DNA of 64,000 bases from a bacterium UBP13_UBA5359 (GTDB lineage: Bacteria > UBP13 > UBA5359), in the NCBI GenBank assembly GCA_002410925.1, contig DHPR01000033.1:1-64000 (forward strand), given 5' to 3'. A program made the position numbers and the translations under genes. Below are positions 9,012 through 21,700 of this stretch, piece by piece. The notes under the pieces were generated by a model. The model made no database searches, had not been told where the DNA came from, and saw only the letters and a program-made list of their open reading frames with translations. Every line of letters starts with the position of its first letter. Positions within the stretch are counted from its first letter, which is position 1.

Positions 9012-10415
9012 ATGCCTGAGCAAAAAAGGCATGAAATACTTAAACGATCTCTTGTTGGCGCGGGCGCCGGAGCATTTTTGCTGGGAGGAGTTATACTTCT
9101 GTTGCCCAGGAGTTACTCTTCTTCCGCTTCATTGCTCTTTGCGATGTCGGCTGCTTCTTCCCAATCGGGAGGAAAGGCAACAGCCCAATCTTCAGCTGAA
9201 ACAGCGGCAACGAGGGCTGCCGCCGGCGAATCCTCATCCATTGATAAGCCGTCAGTACCATTGATGGAGGGATTACTGCCGGTGCCGCAACCGGGAACCA
9301 ACCCGGCTACGGCGGCGCTTATCTTGACCAGCCGCAAGTCGGCGATGGAGCTTATCAAGCGCTTTGATCTTGATAAAGCATGGCACCTCTCCATGGAGAG
9401 ATCGATTGAAATATTTTATCGCCGTTTTAAATGCGTTCCGGGAGATAAGGGCGATCTCCGGATTATCTTTACCGATCGTTCTCCTTATCGTTCTCGTGAG
9501 GTCGTCGATGCATCTATAGAGCTTCTCAAGCGCTCTGTGGAGGATCTCAGCCTTGACCCGGCTGCCAGAAATTTCAAACTGGTCAAGCAGAGCCTGGCGG
9601 ATGCAGAGAGGGATTTCCTTAAGATACAAAGGGATATGGTTAAATTCCAGAGCAGAATAGGCGGCCTTCCGCCTGACGCGCAAATAGTATCACTCAGCCA
9701 GATATATAGGGAGCTTCAGAGCGATTTGCTGAAAGCAGAGGCTGAAACGGCTGCTGCCAGAGCCGGCGCCAGCGTTGCTGCTAAAATAGGAGAAGAAATG
9801 ATCCAAGCAGCTCAGGATCCTATCGGTAATCATGAATCTCTTCTATCCAGCCTTTATGGTGAGGTAGTGGAAAAGGAGGCTGCTCTCTCTTTGTTGAGCC
9901 TTAAATATACGAACAAACGCCCGGAGGTTATAGAATCGCGCCGGGAAGCAGAGGCCGCAAGATTAAAATTGAACAGGGAGGTCTCACGGCAGCTTGCCGG
10001 TATCAAGCGCGGAGCTTCACCCTTTGTCAGCCAATCGGTGCTCCTGTCCGTAACGGCAGAGGCCAGGGCTGCGGGTTTGCGCCAGGCATCCAGCCGGGTG
10101 CGCGATCAGCTGCGTAACCTGCCGGAAGCACAGGCCAGATACGGACAGCTTATGATGGATTATGAAGCTGAAAAGAGCAGGCTGTCATTGGTAAGAGCAG
10201 AGTATACCAGGGCTGAATTGCTGGCCAAGAGCCGCCGGGGCGAACAATTTGTGGTCTTTGATCCACCTGTGGCACCGCAACGTCCCGATAATAAAAAACT
10301 GATTTTTTATATGCTGCTAGGCGCTCTGTCAGGGATATTGATAATGACGGCTAAATCGGTATTCAGCTGGGTAAGGCAGTGGATGAACTATGATTATAAG
10401 GGAATGGAAAAATAA
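9012..10415 (+). CDS. Polysaccharide co-polymerase / chain-length determinant (Wzz/GumC-like)
   Basis: N-terminal TM + PRSYSSSASLL, coiled-coil body with YTNKRPEV, VVFDPPVAPQRP + C-terminal TM; no kinase domain. Confidence 0.8.
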   Translation: MPEQKRHEILKRSLVGAGAGAFLLGGVILLLPRSYSSSASLLFAMSAASSQSGGKATAQSSAETAATRAAAGESSSIDKPSVPLMEGLLPVPQPGTNPATAALILTSRKSAMELIKRFDLDKAWHLSMERSIEIFYRRFKCVPGDKGDLRIIFTDRSPYRSREVVDASIELLKRSVEDLSLDPAARNFKLVKQSLADAERDFLKIQRDMVKFQSRIGGLPPDAQIVSLSQIYRELQSDLLKAEAETAAARAGASVAAKIGEEMIQAAQDPIGNHESLLSSLYGEVVEKEAALSLLSLKYTNKRPEVIESRREAEAARLKLNREVSRQLAGIKRGASPFVSQSVLLSVTAEARAAGLRQASSRVRDQLRNLPEAQARYGQLMMDYEAEKSRLSLVRAEYTRAELLAKSRRGEQFVVFDPPVAPQRPDNKKLIFYMLLGALSGILIMTAKSVFSWVRQWMNYDYKGMEK

Positions 10416-10455
10416 AAAGGGAGCGCGCGGACAGTCTTATCCGCCCGCGCGCTCC
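10413..10455 (-). terminator. Terminator between the convergent genes (T-tract on the rpsT strand)
   Basis: GGAGCGCGCGG (10420-10430) pairs with CCGCGCGCTCC (10445-10455). Confidence 0.7.
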
Positions 10456-10476
10456 GAAAATACTTCCGCTTTTCAG

Positions 10477-10746
10477 CTATTCTGCCTTCTGAGAATAGTA
10501 AAGCTTCTTCATAAGGCGTGACTTCTTGCGTGCTGCCGCATTAGGGTGAATTATACCCTTGGATGATAACTTATCCATACGGCTGACGGCACTTAGAACG
10601 CAGCTCCCGGCATTAACCGGATCCTCATTCAAAGCCGTACGCGCTGCCTTTATGGCGGTCTTCAGTGAAGATTTGTAAGCGACGTTTCTATCATGCTGTT
10701 TCTGCGAAACGCGTACTCTCTTTATGGCTGATTTAATATTGGGCAT
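10477..10746 (-). CDS. rpsT: 30S ribosomal protein S20
   Basis: MPNIKSAIKRVR...KGIIHPNAAARKKSRL. Confidence 0.98.
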   Translation of the reverse strand: MPNIKSAIKRVRVSQKQHDRNVAYKSSLKTAIKAARTALNEDPVNAGSCVLSAVSRMDKLSSKGIIHPNAAARKKSRLMKKLYYSQKAE

Positions 10747-10861
10747 ACAGGTCTCCTCCTCACAGCGGGAAGCTGATTACTCGTCTTCGCCGGAATGCTG
10801 TATCCAACAAGGAGATGCCGCAATACCGACGTAGCTCTATTCCACTTAAGAAACAAAGGAG

Positions 10862-10891
10862 ATTATATCATGAGTGCCATAATCTTGGCAA
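10862..10891 (-). promoter_or_regulatory. rpsT promoter
   Basis: Minus strand TTGCCA-N18-TATAAT with TG extension. Confidence 0.6.
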
Positions 10892-11034
10892 CACTGTAGC
10901 ATACGCAATGCTCTTGTTGTATAATTACTGCGGTCCTATATATCGAAAGTCACAAATCAAAAGCAAGAGACCGGAAGCCAGGAGCAGAGCTTTCCAGCCG
11001 CAAAGTTATGAAAATTATATGTAAAGGCTAAGAA

Positions 11035-12678
11035 ATGAATGTAAAGACCAAAGATGAAGAAGTGATAACCGATAGCCGAAGTATCTCTGCAAGGCAGGAA
11101 CGGAGGCGGGTCGCCGGTGCAGCGGGTATAGTTATGGCGGGGATGCTGCTGAGCCGTATACTGGGATATGTCAGAGAGATGCAGATTGCCCGTTCTTTTG
11201 GCGCTGATTACCAAACAGATGCTTTCTGGGCGGCCTTTATGGTTCCTGATTTGCTTTATAACCTTCTGGCAGGTGGAGCCCTTAGCGCTGCCTTTATACC
11301 GATATTCAGCGAATATATCAACAACGGTAAGGAGAGGGATGCCTGGAAGCTGGCCAGCGGCGTTATTAACGTTATGCTTTGCGTTCTAAGCCTTGCTGTG
11401 CTCTCCATTGTTCTCTTTACACCGGCCATGGTAGGACTGGTGACCCAGTTCGGCGTTGATAATCCAAGCTATCCTTTATGCGTGAAGCTGACAAGGCTGA
11501 TGTCGCCAATTCTTATACTGCATGCGCTTAACGGCCTGGCTACGGCTATGCTGCAATCGCGAAAGAACTTCTTTATACCGGCCATGATTTGGCTGATTTA
11601 CAACATTGCTATTATTATAGCGGCCTTTATGGCCAATGGCCGTATTGAGATACTGACATATGGTGTACTGGCAGGCGCCGCTTTGATGGTCTTATCGCAG
11701 CTACTCTATCTGCGGCGGCAGGGTATGCAATATAGCTTGCGTGCGGGTATATCCAGTCCCGGTGTCAAGCAGGTGCTGCTTCTTTTTCCTACGGCCATGT
11801 TCGGTCTGGCGGTGAATTGGCTCAGTCTGACCTGGTTGCCTCAATTCTTCGGCTCCGGCATTTCCGAGGGAGTGGTTACATATATACGTTATGCCACCAG
11901 AGTAATAATATTGCCTGTAGGTATGTTTGCCATAGCCATTTCTACGGCGGTCTTTCCTTATCTTTCCGATATCAATACCGATATTGAAAGATTTAAGCAT
12001 CTGCTGGCAAGCGGATTGAGAGCTATTCTTATCTTCGCCATACCCTCTACCGTAGGTTTGATAGTGTTGCGTTTGCCGATAACGGATCTTTTATGGGCGG
12101 GCGGTAAATTCTCCTCTGCCGATGTAACGGCAACGGCCAGTCTGACAATGTTTTTTGCGTTGGGTCTGATAGGCCAATCAGCGTTACCTCTGGTAGCCAG
12201 AGGATTTTATGCGCGTAAGGATACTATTACGCCTGCTCTGGCAGGCGTAGGGGGGCTGGCTGTAAATGCTGCGCTGATGCCGCTGATGAAAGCCTTGGGA
12301 ATGGGCGCCGACGGCATTGCTGTAGCAGCGTCGGCGGCCGTTACTTTCAATATGCTGGCGCTTATATATCTCCTGCGCCGACAGCTGGGCGCTCTTGAGG
12401 GGCGAGAGACATTGCTGACTATTGTCAAGGTGACGCTCTCTTCCGGATTGATGGCTCTGGCGATTACACGCTCTGTTGACTGGCTGTCTGCTCTTTATTC
12501 TGCAATTCCGGGGCTTGCGGCACGGGGCATGGAGAGTAAACTGCACACTTTATTCATTACCGGCGGCAGCATGGGAATAGGTGTTCTGATCTTTGGCGTT
12601 GCGATCATGCTGGCGCGTATCCCTGAAGCCGATATTTTACGGCGAGCTTTTATTAAAAAGGAGAAGATTGTTCTGTAA
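11035..12678 (+). CDS. murJ: Lipid II flippase MurJ/MviN
   Basis: SRILGYVRE...FGA...[28 protein letters not shown]; many TM helices. Confidence 0.95.
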   Translation: MNVKTKDEEVITDSRSISARQERRRVAGAAGIVMAGMLLSRILGYVREMQIARSFGADYQTDAFWAAFMVPDLLYNLLAGGALSAAFIPIFSEYINNGKERDAWKLASGVINVMLCVLSLAVLSIVLFTPAMVGLVTQFGVDNPSYPLCVKLTRLMSPILILHALNGLATAMLQSRKNFFIPAMIWLIYNIAIIIAAFMANGRIEILTYGVLAGAALMVLSQLLYLRRQGMQYSLRAGISSPGVKQVLLLFPTAMFGLAVNWLSLTWLPQFFGSGISEGVVTYIRYATRVIILPVGMFAIAISTAVFPYLSDINTDIERFKHLLASGLRAILIFAIPSTVGLIVLRLPITDLLWAGGKFSSADVTATASLTMFFALGLIGQSALPLVARGFYARKDTITPALAGVGGLAVNAALMPLMKALGMGADGIAVAASAAVTFNMLALIYLLRRQLGALEGRETLLTIVKVTLSSGLMALAITRSVDWLSALYSAIPGLAARGMESKLHTLFITGGSMGIGVLIFGVAIMLARIPEADILRRAFIKKEKIVL

Positions 12679-12679
12679 T

Positions 12680-14476
12680 ATGCAAAAGAATATCAGAAAT
12701 TTCTGTATAATCGCTCATATAGACCACGGCAAGTCCACTCTGGCTGACAGATTGCTGGAGAGAACCGGGGCTGTAGCCGGGCGCGAGAAGATAGATCAAG
12801 TTCTGGATCAGATGGATCTGGAGCGAGAGCGGGGTATAACTATCAAGCTGCAGGCCGTACGCATGGATTACCAAACGGCTGACGGCGGCAAATATCTCTT
12901 GAATCTCATCGATACGCCGGGTCATGTGGATTTCTCGTATGAAGTATCACGCAGCCTGGCTGCCTGTGAGGGAGCATTGCTGGTGGTGGATGCCGTGCAA
13001 GGAGTTGAGGCGCAGACACTGGCTAATGTCTATCTGGCTCTGGAGCACGATCTGGAGATAATTCCCGTTATCAATAAAATAGATTTGCCCAGTGCCGATC
13101 CTGAGCGTGTCAAGCAAGAGATAGAGGAGATCATAGGCATCGATGCAGACAGGGCTATCTTATCCAGCGCTAAGGAGGGGATAGGAGCAGACGATATTCT
13201 CAATGCTATTGTTGAGCGTATACCTGCGCCGCAGGGCGATCCCGAGGCTCCGCTCAAGGCCTTGATCTTTGATTCTCATTTTGATCCTTACAGGGGGGTA
13301 ATCGGTTATATACGTGTTATCGACGGCGCTATGTTTCCTGATATGCAGATAGAGATGATGTCCAATAAGCATCGTTTTGAGATCAGTGAAACAGGAGTTT
13401 TCAAGCCTGCTATGACGGTTGTGGATAGGCTTTCCGCCGGTGAGGTGGGTTATTTTTCCTCGGGAATAAAAGATATACGGTATGCTCGCGTCGGAGATAC
13501 CGTTACCTCGGCTGCAAAACCGGCAATGATACCATACCCCGGATATAAGAAGATAAAGCCGATGGTTTACAGCGGTCTTTATCCTGTTGAAACATCTGAG
13601 TATCCGGATCTGAGAGAGGCGCTGGAAAAGCTGCAATTGAATGATGCGGCTCTGCTCTTTGAACCGGAAACCTCGCTGGCATTGGGATTCGGCTTTCGTT
13701 GCGGCTTTCTAGGATTGCTGCATATGGAGATAATACAGGAGCGTATTGAAAGAGAATATGGGCTTGCTTTGGTAGCTACAGCTCCCAGCGTAGCATACCG
13801 TGTTACCCGGACAAACGGCCGAACGGAAGAGATAGACAACCCTTCCAAAATGCCTGCTCCTCAAGAGATTGAATTGCTGGAAGAGCCATATATCGAAGCC
13901 ACCGTAATGATACCGGCAGAGTATGTGGGCGCGGTGATGGAATTATGCCAGGAGCGTCGCGGCAATATGGTGAAAATGAATTATCCTACTCCGCAGCGAG
14001 TAGTATTGACATATGAATTGCCGCTATCTGAAATATTGATGGATTTTTTTGACGCCCTTAAATCCGGAACGCGAGGCTATGCTTCATTGGATTATGAGAT
14101 AAAGGGCTATCGCGAAGCAGATTTGGTTAAGCTGGATATGATGATAAACGGAGAACCGGTTGATGCCTTATCATCCATAGTTCATCGGGATAAAGCCTTG
14201 AAATACGGGCGCATGCTGACAGAGAGACTGAGAAAGATATTGCCCAGACAGCTCTTTGATGTCCGCATACAGGCTGCCATAGGCAATAAAATAATTGCCA
14301 GTGAAACGGTGAAAGCCCTGCGCAAGGATGTTCTGGCCAAGTGCTACGGCGGAGATATCTCCAGGAAGCGCAAGCTCCTGGAAAAGCAGAAGGAAGGCAA
14401 GAAGCGGATGAAGCAGGTAGGCAATGTGGAAATACCTCAGGAAGCCTTCCTGGCTGTGCTCAAGATTGGTGATTGA
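12680..14476 (+). CDS. lepA: Elongation factor 4
   Basis: [53 protein letters not shown]. Confidence 0.98.
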   Translation: MQKNIRNFCIIAHIDHGKSTLADRLLERTGAVAGREKIDQVLDQMDLERERGITIKLQAVRMDYQTADGGKYLLNLIDTPGHVDFSYEVSRSLAACEGALLVVDAVQGVEAQTLANVYLALEHDLEIIPVINKIDLPSADPERVKQEIEEIIGIDADRAILSSAKEGIGADDILNAIVERIPAPQGDPEAPLKALIFDSHFDPYRGVIGYIRVIDGAMFPDMQIEMMSNKHRFEISETGVFKPAMTVVDRLSAGEVGYFSSGIKDIRYARVGDTVTSAAKPAMIPYPGYKKIKPMVYSGLYPVETSEYPDLREALEKLQLNDAALLFEPETSLALGFGFRCGFLGLLHMEIIQERIEREYGLALVATAPSVAYRVTRTNGRTEEIDNPSKMPAPQEIELLEEPYIEATVMIPAEYVGAVMELCQERRGNMVKMNYPTPQRVVLTYELPLSEILMDFFDALKSGTRGYASLDYEIKGYREADLVKLDMMINGEPVDALSSIVHRDKALKYGRMLTERLRKILPRQLFDVRIQAAIGNKIIASETVKALRKDVLAKCYGGDISRKRKLLEKQKEGKKRMKQVGNVEIPQEAFLAVLKIGD

Positions 14477-15090
14477 ATATGCTGGTAGTGGGTTTGACTG
14501 GTGACATAGGATGTGGCAAGAGCACAGTAGCCGCTATGCTGAGGAAACGCGGAGCGGTCATTATCGATGCCGATGAGATAGCACGCCGAACGGTTGCACC
14601 CGGGCTCTCTGCCTGGCGTGAACTGGTGGATGAATTCGGACGGGGAATATTGAATGATAATGGAACAATCAACCGGAAAGCACTGGCCGCCAAAGCCTTC
14701 AGTGATGATAAGGCGGCAAAGCGCCTGAATGAAATAACTCATCCCTATATACTAAAGGAAATAGAGGCGCAAATTATATCTGCTGCAGAGAGAGGCACGG
14801 GCATTCTGGTGCTTGACGCACCCTTGTTGCTGGAAACACCGGCAGCCGATTCTGTTGAGCTGGTAATTGTGGTTGAAGCAGAGAAGGAGAATTGCATGGA
14901 ACGATTGGTGCGCAGCGGCAGGCTCTCATATCGGGAGGCTGAGGCGCGCAGGCGTTATCAACTCTCTCAGGCGGAGAAGGTCGGTAAGGCCGACTATGTA
15001 ATTGATAATAACGGGACACTGAAAGAGACAGAGGCGCAGGTAGAGAGAGTATGGACGGAAATCGTAAAGAGAGAATCCTGCCGGCACTAA
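14473..15090 (+). CDS. coaE: Dephospho-CoA kinase
   Basis: [43 protein letters not shown]. Confidence 0.95.
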   Translation: MNMLVVGLTGDIGCGKSTVAAMLRKRGAVIIDADEIARRTVAPGLSAWRELVDEFGRGILNDNGTINRKALAAKAFSDDKAAKRLNEITHPYILKEIEAQIISAAERGTGILVLDAPLLLETPAADSVELVIVVEAEKENCMERLVRSGRLSYREAEARRRYQLSQAEKVGKADYVIDNNGTLKETEAQVERVWTEIVKRESCRH

Positions 15091-15641
15091 TCTTTATGGC
15101 GTTGCTTCTGCTTTCCGTATGGCTGCAGGCTTATCTGGCGCCGTTGCGATATTTGGCAATCTGTGATGCGGCAGGCAGGAAATATGGACTCGATCCATTG
15201 CTCATATTGGCAGTGGCAGGAGCTGAGAGTAATTTCAATCCCATGGCTGTTTCACCAAAAGGCGCGATGGGGTTGATGCAGATAATGCCGGAAACCGCCC
15301 GCTGGGCCTCTGCGGAGAAGGGAGAGACTCATTTTTATCGCGAGCAGCTCTTCAGTCCATCTTATAATGTGGATCTCGGCGCATGGTATCTTAAAAGGCT
15401 GAGCAAACGCTTCAATAGCGATATTACATTGATGCTGGCGGCCTATAACAGCGGTGAGGGAAGGGTTAGCCGGGATATCAACAAAGAGGGGCAATTTCAG
15501 GAAAGAAGACTCTGCGCTGAGACCAGAGCTTATATACAGCGTGTCAATTGCCTTTATGGGACTTATAAAGAGCGTTATAAGTTATTGTCCAGTCTTTATC
15601 GTCTTAATCTGCGTATAAGCCGTCGTATTTCAAGTTCATAA
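15051..15641 (+). CDS. Lytic transglycosylase (SLT domain) with N-terminal TM
   Basis: AESNFNPMAVSPKGAMGLMQIMPETA, LAAYNSG, ETRAY. Confidence 0.92.
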   Translation: MDGNRKERILPALIFMALLLLSVWLQAYLAPLRYLAICDAAGRKYGLDPLLILAVAGAESNFNPMAVSPKGAMGLMQIMPETARWASAEKGETHFYREQLFSPSYNVDLGAWYLKRLSKRFNSDITLMLAAYNSGEGRVSRDINKEGQFQERRLCAETRAYIQRVNCLYGTYKERYKLLSSLYRLNLRISRRISSS

Positions 15642-15755
15642 AATTACTGTAAATTTTTATAAAAAATTATTCTGAATATAAAAGGGAAAAAGAAGGCGTT
15701 CAGCGAATATAAATATGATTGGTTGTACCATTTTGTCTTGGGGGTAGCAAAGAAT

Positions 15756-18700
15756 ATGAATAATCTTCGTAATGCAGCTTGGAGAATACCCGTCGTATAT
15801 CTTCTTATCATAACAATGATATTGCCGTATTATCTTGATTTCTTTACGGCCAGAGCTGATGCGGCGTCCAATTACTCCGAAGGACAACAGGTACTGGTTC
15901 TCGATTTTATATCAAGTACGGAGAGCGCCCGGCCGTTCGGCAAAAAGGCTGCCGATGCTTTGACTGTAACCATAAATCAGACAGGGCGCTACAAGACGGT
16001 TTCAAAGCAGTTCGTGAGCAAAGTAGCCCAGGATTTTAAATATGGCGACCTTAATTCCCGGGAACAGGCTCTTCAGCTTGCCGCCAGATTGAATGTCGAT
16101 CTGCTGGTGTGCGGAAAGATCCTCGACGCTCAGGTGATAGATGATGGAAAACAGGCTAAGGTCCGGGCATCCGCGGAGATGATAGAGGTCCAGACAGGCC
16201 AGGTTCTTTTTACGGATGAAATCACGGCGCTCAGTGCTAAAAGGCTTGCCGGTGGCGGCGACCAGGCTGTATTGCTCGAGGAGGCAGCCTCCAACGCCGG
16301 ATTTGCGCTGGCGCAGAATATCAAGGCGTTCAATCCTGTAACCGGTGTTGTGCTCAGCGTCAGTAACAGGGAAGTGGTCATAAACTTAGGCCGCAACAAT
16401 GGTCTGCACAAAGGTTCCGAATTGTCTCTTATAAGAGAAACGCGCGTAGAGAAGAGTGCCGGACGCTTTGGCGGCATAGAAGTGAATATCGATAAGCGTA
16501 TAATCGGCAAGCTGTCGGTGAAGAGTTTTGATGAATACTCTTCAGTATGTACTGTTTTAAACAGCGTGGTCAACCCGGTTGAGAATGACAAGGTTCGTCT
16601 CGATTTTGTCAAAGCCGATACTTATAAAGAGATAGAAAAGAAGGCTGCACAACAGGAAGGGTTGGGCGGTATCAGCAAGTTTCTGTTGGGGCTGGCTGCC
16701 CTGGGCGGCCTTGTTGCTCTGGGCGGAAAGGCCGGCAGCGATAGCGAAGGCCCCCTGCCCGGCGAGGAGATAGATGAAAAGAAATCTACCGTTACCTTAA
16801 CCGGTGCCTCCACCCTGCCTGCCGATGGTCTTACCAGCACCTTTATTACGGTAAGGGTTGTGGATATCGATAACAACCCATTGGCTAACCACAAGATAGT
16901 TCTCCATTCCAGCCGCAACAGCAGCAGCGCCGGCTTATCCGCTGAGCCTGCCGCCGCAGTCCTTCCACCGGCAGCAACCGGTGATGATCTCTCCCCGGCA
17001 CCCGGCAAAATCAGGCCGGGCAGCGCTATTAATAAGAGCAGGCCTCGCTTGAATACGTTTGGTTCGGCGGCATCTTCCATAGGTTCAGCTTCGTTCTCTC
17101 GCCGGCAGCGCATACAGCAGCCTGATGCCGATTCTTCCATGGACATCGAGAGGCAGACCTCTCAGGTAACAGAAAAAACAGTTGTGAGGAAGTTCCCGGA
17201 TAAGGGATTATTCGGCAGGCCAGATAGAGACAGGCAATCGTTGCGGCAAAGATTCCCTCGCAGAGCGAGTGGCAATACAAGCGCACCGCTCAATATGGTG
17301 AGCGGCCAGGCCAGCGGGCCGGATATCATAACTCCTGTAATCAGTGATTTGACCGACGCCAGCGGCACAGTCACCTTTGCCGTAAGATCCACTGCGGCCA
17401 TAGAAAGTCCCGGTGTATCCTTTTACGCTTATGACAGTACTGCACAGCGTACTATAGTTCAGCGTGTCAATAATATCATATTTACTCCGGGTCAACTGGC
17501 ACAGTATAAATTAACTGTGTCATCATCGCTTGTCAGAAAGGGTGAAACATTCAGCATTTCCGTCGAAGCGCAGGATCAGTATGGGAACTTTATCAAGACG
17601 GCAGCCGGAACGGTGGGGTTGTCCGCTGCCGTTGCCGATACCTCCGAGGCCGTGGTGCTTAATCCCAGTCCGGCTACGGTCACTCTTTCCGCCGGCGTTG
17701 GTATATTGAGCGGTTTAGTCCTCGGCAGCACAGGCAATATTAAATTGACCGCCTTCGGCGGCGGCGGCGCGCTGGGCATAACCGATATAACCGTCATTGC
17801 CGAGCAATTGCCCACGGCTCCTGCCATAGCAAATATAGTGGAGGGGGACAGACAGGTCTCTGTGCAATGGGATCCTGTTGAAGACGCCTCTGTGACAGGC
17901 TATAGGGTCTATCAATCCACCTTGCAGAACGGCCAATATACGCAGGTGACCCAGGTGAGCAAGGATGTTACGGCCGCCACTGTTCCCGGGCTTGCCAATA
18001 ATACCGATTATTGGTTCAAGGTGGCCTCTTATAACACTACCGGTGCAGAGAGTTTCAGCGCAGCGCGAAAAGCTACGCCGCAGGTCTCTTCCATTACCGG
18101 CTTCAAGGTGGAAACCACCAATGATGCCGGACAATGGGTACCCGGCGGAACAGCCGTTTCCTGGAAGGCCGGCAAGGCATATTCTGTACGTATATCTCCG
18201 GTAGATAATACCGGCGCTCTGATGATTTCCTCTCAGAGTCTTACCGTTAATCTCCGAGCAGGAACAACACGGCATATGGGAACGATGAAGTTCTCCACCG
18301 ATGGTGAAAATTTTAACGCCGTTCAGGCGACCGTTCCGGCCGGGCAGCAGTTTGTAGTAGTCAAGGCTATGGATACGCTGGCAACTTATGTGGGAACAAT
18401 AGGCAACAGCGTTACTGTAGCTGTGGAAGAGGGGCAGACGCCTTTCCGCAGCGGTGAGAGCGGAGCTATATCTATCTATCCCGACGACCAGTATAAGCTC
18501 GGCTTCAGCACAATGTCGCAGAGCATTGCCGTAGGCAGTGTCTCCGACGTAGTGAATATCCAGGTGCAGGATCAGCATGACAATCTGGTAACCGGCATAA
18601 ATAAAGGCGGTATGGTCTCCGTTAAGGGAGATGGCTCCACCAGCCTGATGTTCTCCAGAGATGGGGCGGATCCGTGGAATAGTGTAATCGATATAGATAT

Positions 18701-21700
18701 CGTTAACGGGGTGGGAAGTTTTTACTTCAGGGATACGAACGCCGGTACACCCAGCATACGTGTCGAGGATAATACCCGTTCATTGCAACAGACTCAGGCT
18801 ATTCAATCGGTAAAAATTGTCAGCAAGAGCATCAAGATAACCTCATTGCCCTATACTCTCTTTACCGGTGAAGTTCCGCCGACTCCGGTTACGGTAGAGG
18901 CATTGAATGAGGATGGAACGAGAGATACATTCTTTACCAATCAGGATATAACCGTTACTGCTCCGAGCAGCGGCACCGTGCTTTTCTGTGACACGGCAGA
19001 TGGTACCTATCAGGCTCAACCCTTCATATTGAGAATGTCGGATGGCCTGGGGCAGTTCTATTTTAAATCGACGCTAGCCGGAACCCCGATCATTAAAGTC
19101 GACAGCGGCGCATTGGGATATGGCTATGATACCCAACAGCAGGCTATCAATCAGCGTGTGCCTAATTCCATAGAGATCAGCAGCACCAAGGATCAGATGA
19201 TTGCCGACGGCATACAGACTGCGGAAATTATTTGCGTAGTCAAGGATTCCACAGGAAATCCGGTCAGCGGCGTAAGGGTGAATTTCTCCAAGGAACCATC
19301 GGAGATGGGCGGCGTCAGCCCGGCCTTCGGCCTTACGAATTCCGACGGGATTATCACGGCTCACTTCACCGCCGGCACCATATCCGGCATTGCCACTGTA
19401 AGGGCGACTGTGGCAGATCATACCTCGGTGAACAAGAGCACCTCTATCGAGCTGGTTGCCGGCAAGCCGGCGATAATACTTCTGAGTGCACCGTCGGGTA
19501 CGCGTGTTCAGGTGGGCGGTAATAAGCTGCCCGTAAAGGCAACGGTCTACGACCGATTCGGCAATCTGGTAGCCGATAACACCGAAGTTGTTTTTAAAGT
19601 CAGCGACAGGGAGAAGGCTACCATTTCCAGCCCTTCTACAACTGTTAACGGCGTGGCCTCCACTTCATTGCAATCAGGCAATAAATCAGGTTCCGTTGAC
19701 ATTGAGGCTTCAATAGTATTGCTGCCGCCCGATAGCAGCACAATCAAGAGCGCCCTGCTGCATCTCTCTGTTGATGCCGGCCCGCCAAGCTTGATTTATG
19801 CCTCGCTTGAAGGCCCCAACTCTCTCAGCATAGGTGCTGTAGAGGGTGTTCTGCCTGCAGATAACGTTTCTACTCTACAAGTTAAGGCCACCGTCAAGGA
19901 TCAGTTTGGTAACCCTGTCAATGACGGCACGCGGGTCTACTTTACTTCGGAGCTCGGTTCCATGATGGCCGGCCAGCCTACCAGCAGCAGCTCCACTACC
20001 GGAGGCGTGGCCGTATCCACTCTTACGGCGCCGGACTGGGGAACCATACGCTTTGAAAGCGTTGAATCGGCAAAGCGCGGCATATCCAAGGTAACGGTCA
20101 CGGCCGGCGACGTCGACGGTGTGCCTATGGCTGTTAACGATATCTGTCGGGTGATCTTTACCGGAACGCCGAAAACCTTTTATATCACGATGAATGAACT
20201 GGGGATTCCTGCAACAGCTACAACAATAAGAGCGGGAAATACCATCTCCTTTTACAGCTATGCCAAAGATGAATATGACCATCCATTGGCACCGTCTACA
20301 AGGGAGAACCCTTCTTATGCTACCGTTAATTTCCTGCCCGGAGGAGAGCGTTCTTCTTTCAGCCCGACGGCGGTCACCCATAACCCGGCCGGCATAGCTA
20401 CCGCTCAATTTTCGGCCAGCACACGCACCATTGACAGCCCGGCCGCTGTAACGGCCAGGATGAGGTGCATGGGGTATATATACTATGCGGAGAATACCGT
20501 GATAACTACCATCATGCCGGAGAAATTGGACCACTTTTTCTTTGAACAGCATGGCGGCGGCGCGGTAAACGGCCGGCCTATGAATACCACCATCTGGGCG
20601 TATGATCAGTATGGCAATCTGAAAACCGATTATGTCGGCGGCACAACAATACGTGCTCAGGGCGGCAAGGGAACGATCAGCAGCGGCGCCACCTGTAGCT
20701 TTGCTGTTAATGATAGAGGTAGAGTTGACCATCAGCCCGTATATACCACTAATTTCCTTACCAAGGATAATCCTACTGAAACCATCACCATGACGGTTGT
20801 TGATGGGGCGGCCAACGGAACCACCGGCAGCGTAACCATTTACGGCGGTTCCGGTACGGTTCCCGGCACAATTTCATTGATGGCCTCTTCCGGGCCTTAC
20901 AAGGCGGGATCGAGCGAGACCAGTATTACGGCGACAGTCTACGATAACCTTGGAACACCGGTAGAGGGCAAGCCGATCAGCTTTACCATCGATAACAACG
21001 GCTCTGTATCGCCGTCAAGTGCGGTTACGGATAGTAGCGGTCGGGCGACTGCCAATGTTACGGTTGCTAAAAAGGCGGGAGTCATACATACTATCACGGC
21101 GGCTACATCCGGTTTGGCGGCTGTTAGCACCAAGATAACGGTTGATGCAAATGAGCCTGCCGGTAATTTAAGCGTTGTGCCGGCCACAGCCAGTGTTGTT
21201 GCCGGAACAGCGGACGAGTGCACGGCTACGGTAGTTGATGCATACGGCAACCCGGTAAACGGCATAGTGGTAAACTTCAAGGCCATCGCTCAGGACAATA
21301 GCGTTGTCGGCATGAGCTCTGCCATTTCCGGAACCGACGGTAAGGCTAAGAGCACCTTCCAAACTCCTGATGCGGGGGCGTATACCATTAAGGCCTGGAT
21401 CGGGGATGAGGGTGCGTCGGCAGCAGAGGGAACGACAGCAGTGACCGTGAAGGCCGGCACTGCCGCCCGCATAGAGGCTGTAAGCGGTACTTTCCAAAGC
21501 GGAGTAATCAACAGCTCCCTGCCGGAGGAATTCAAGGTAAGGATTGTTGATGCTAACAATAATCCTGTCAACGGCGTAGCCGTAACCTTTGCTCAGACGA
21601 AAAAGCCCACCGGCGCCGATGATATGGAGATCGGTAATCCGACAGCCGTAACCAGAACCGATTCCGCGCTGGGGGATGGTATCGCATCTTCAGGAAGGAT

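Noticed and set aside
10747-10860. Structured rpsT leader
   Set aside because: The leader is about 110 nt but only weak pairing is visible by eye
12593-12679. N-terminal extensions of lepA (also uvrA 33080, rny 39196, dapB 47435) in the ORF track
   Set aside because: Downstream ATGs fit family N-termini or SD positions better
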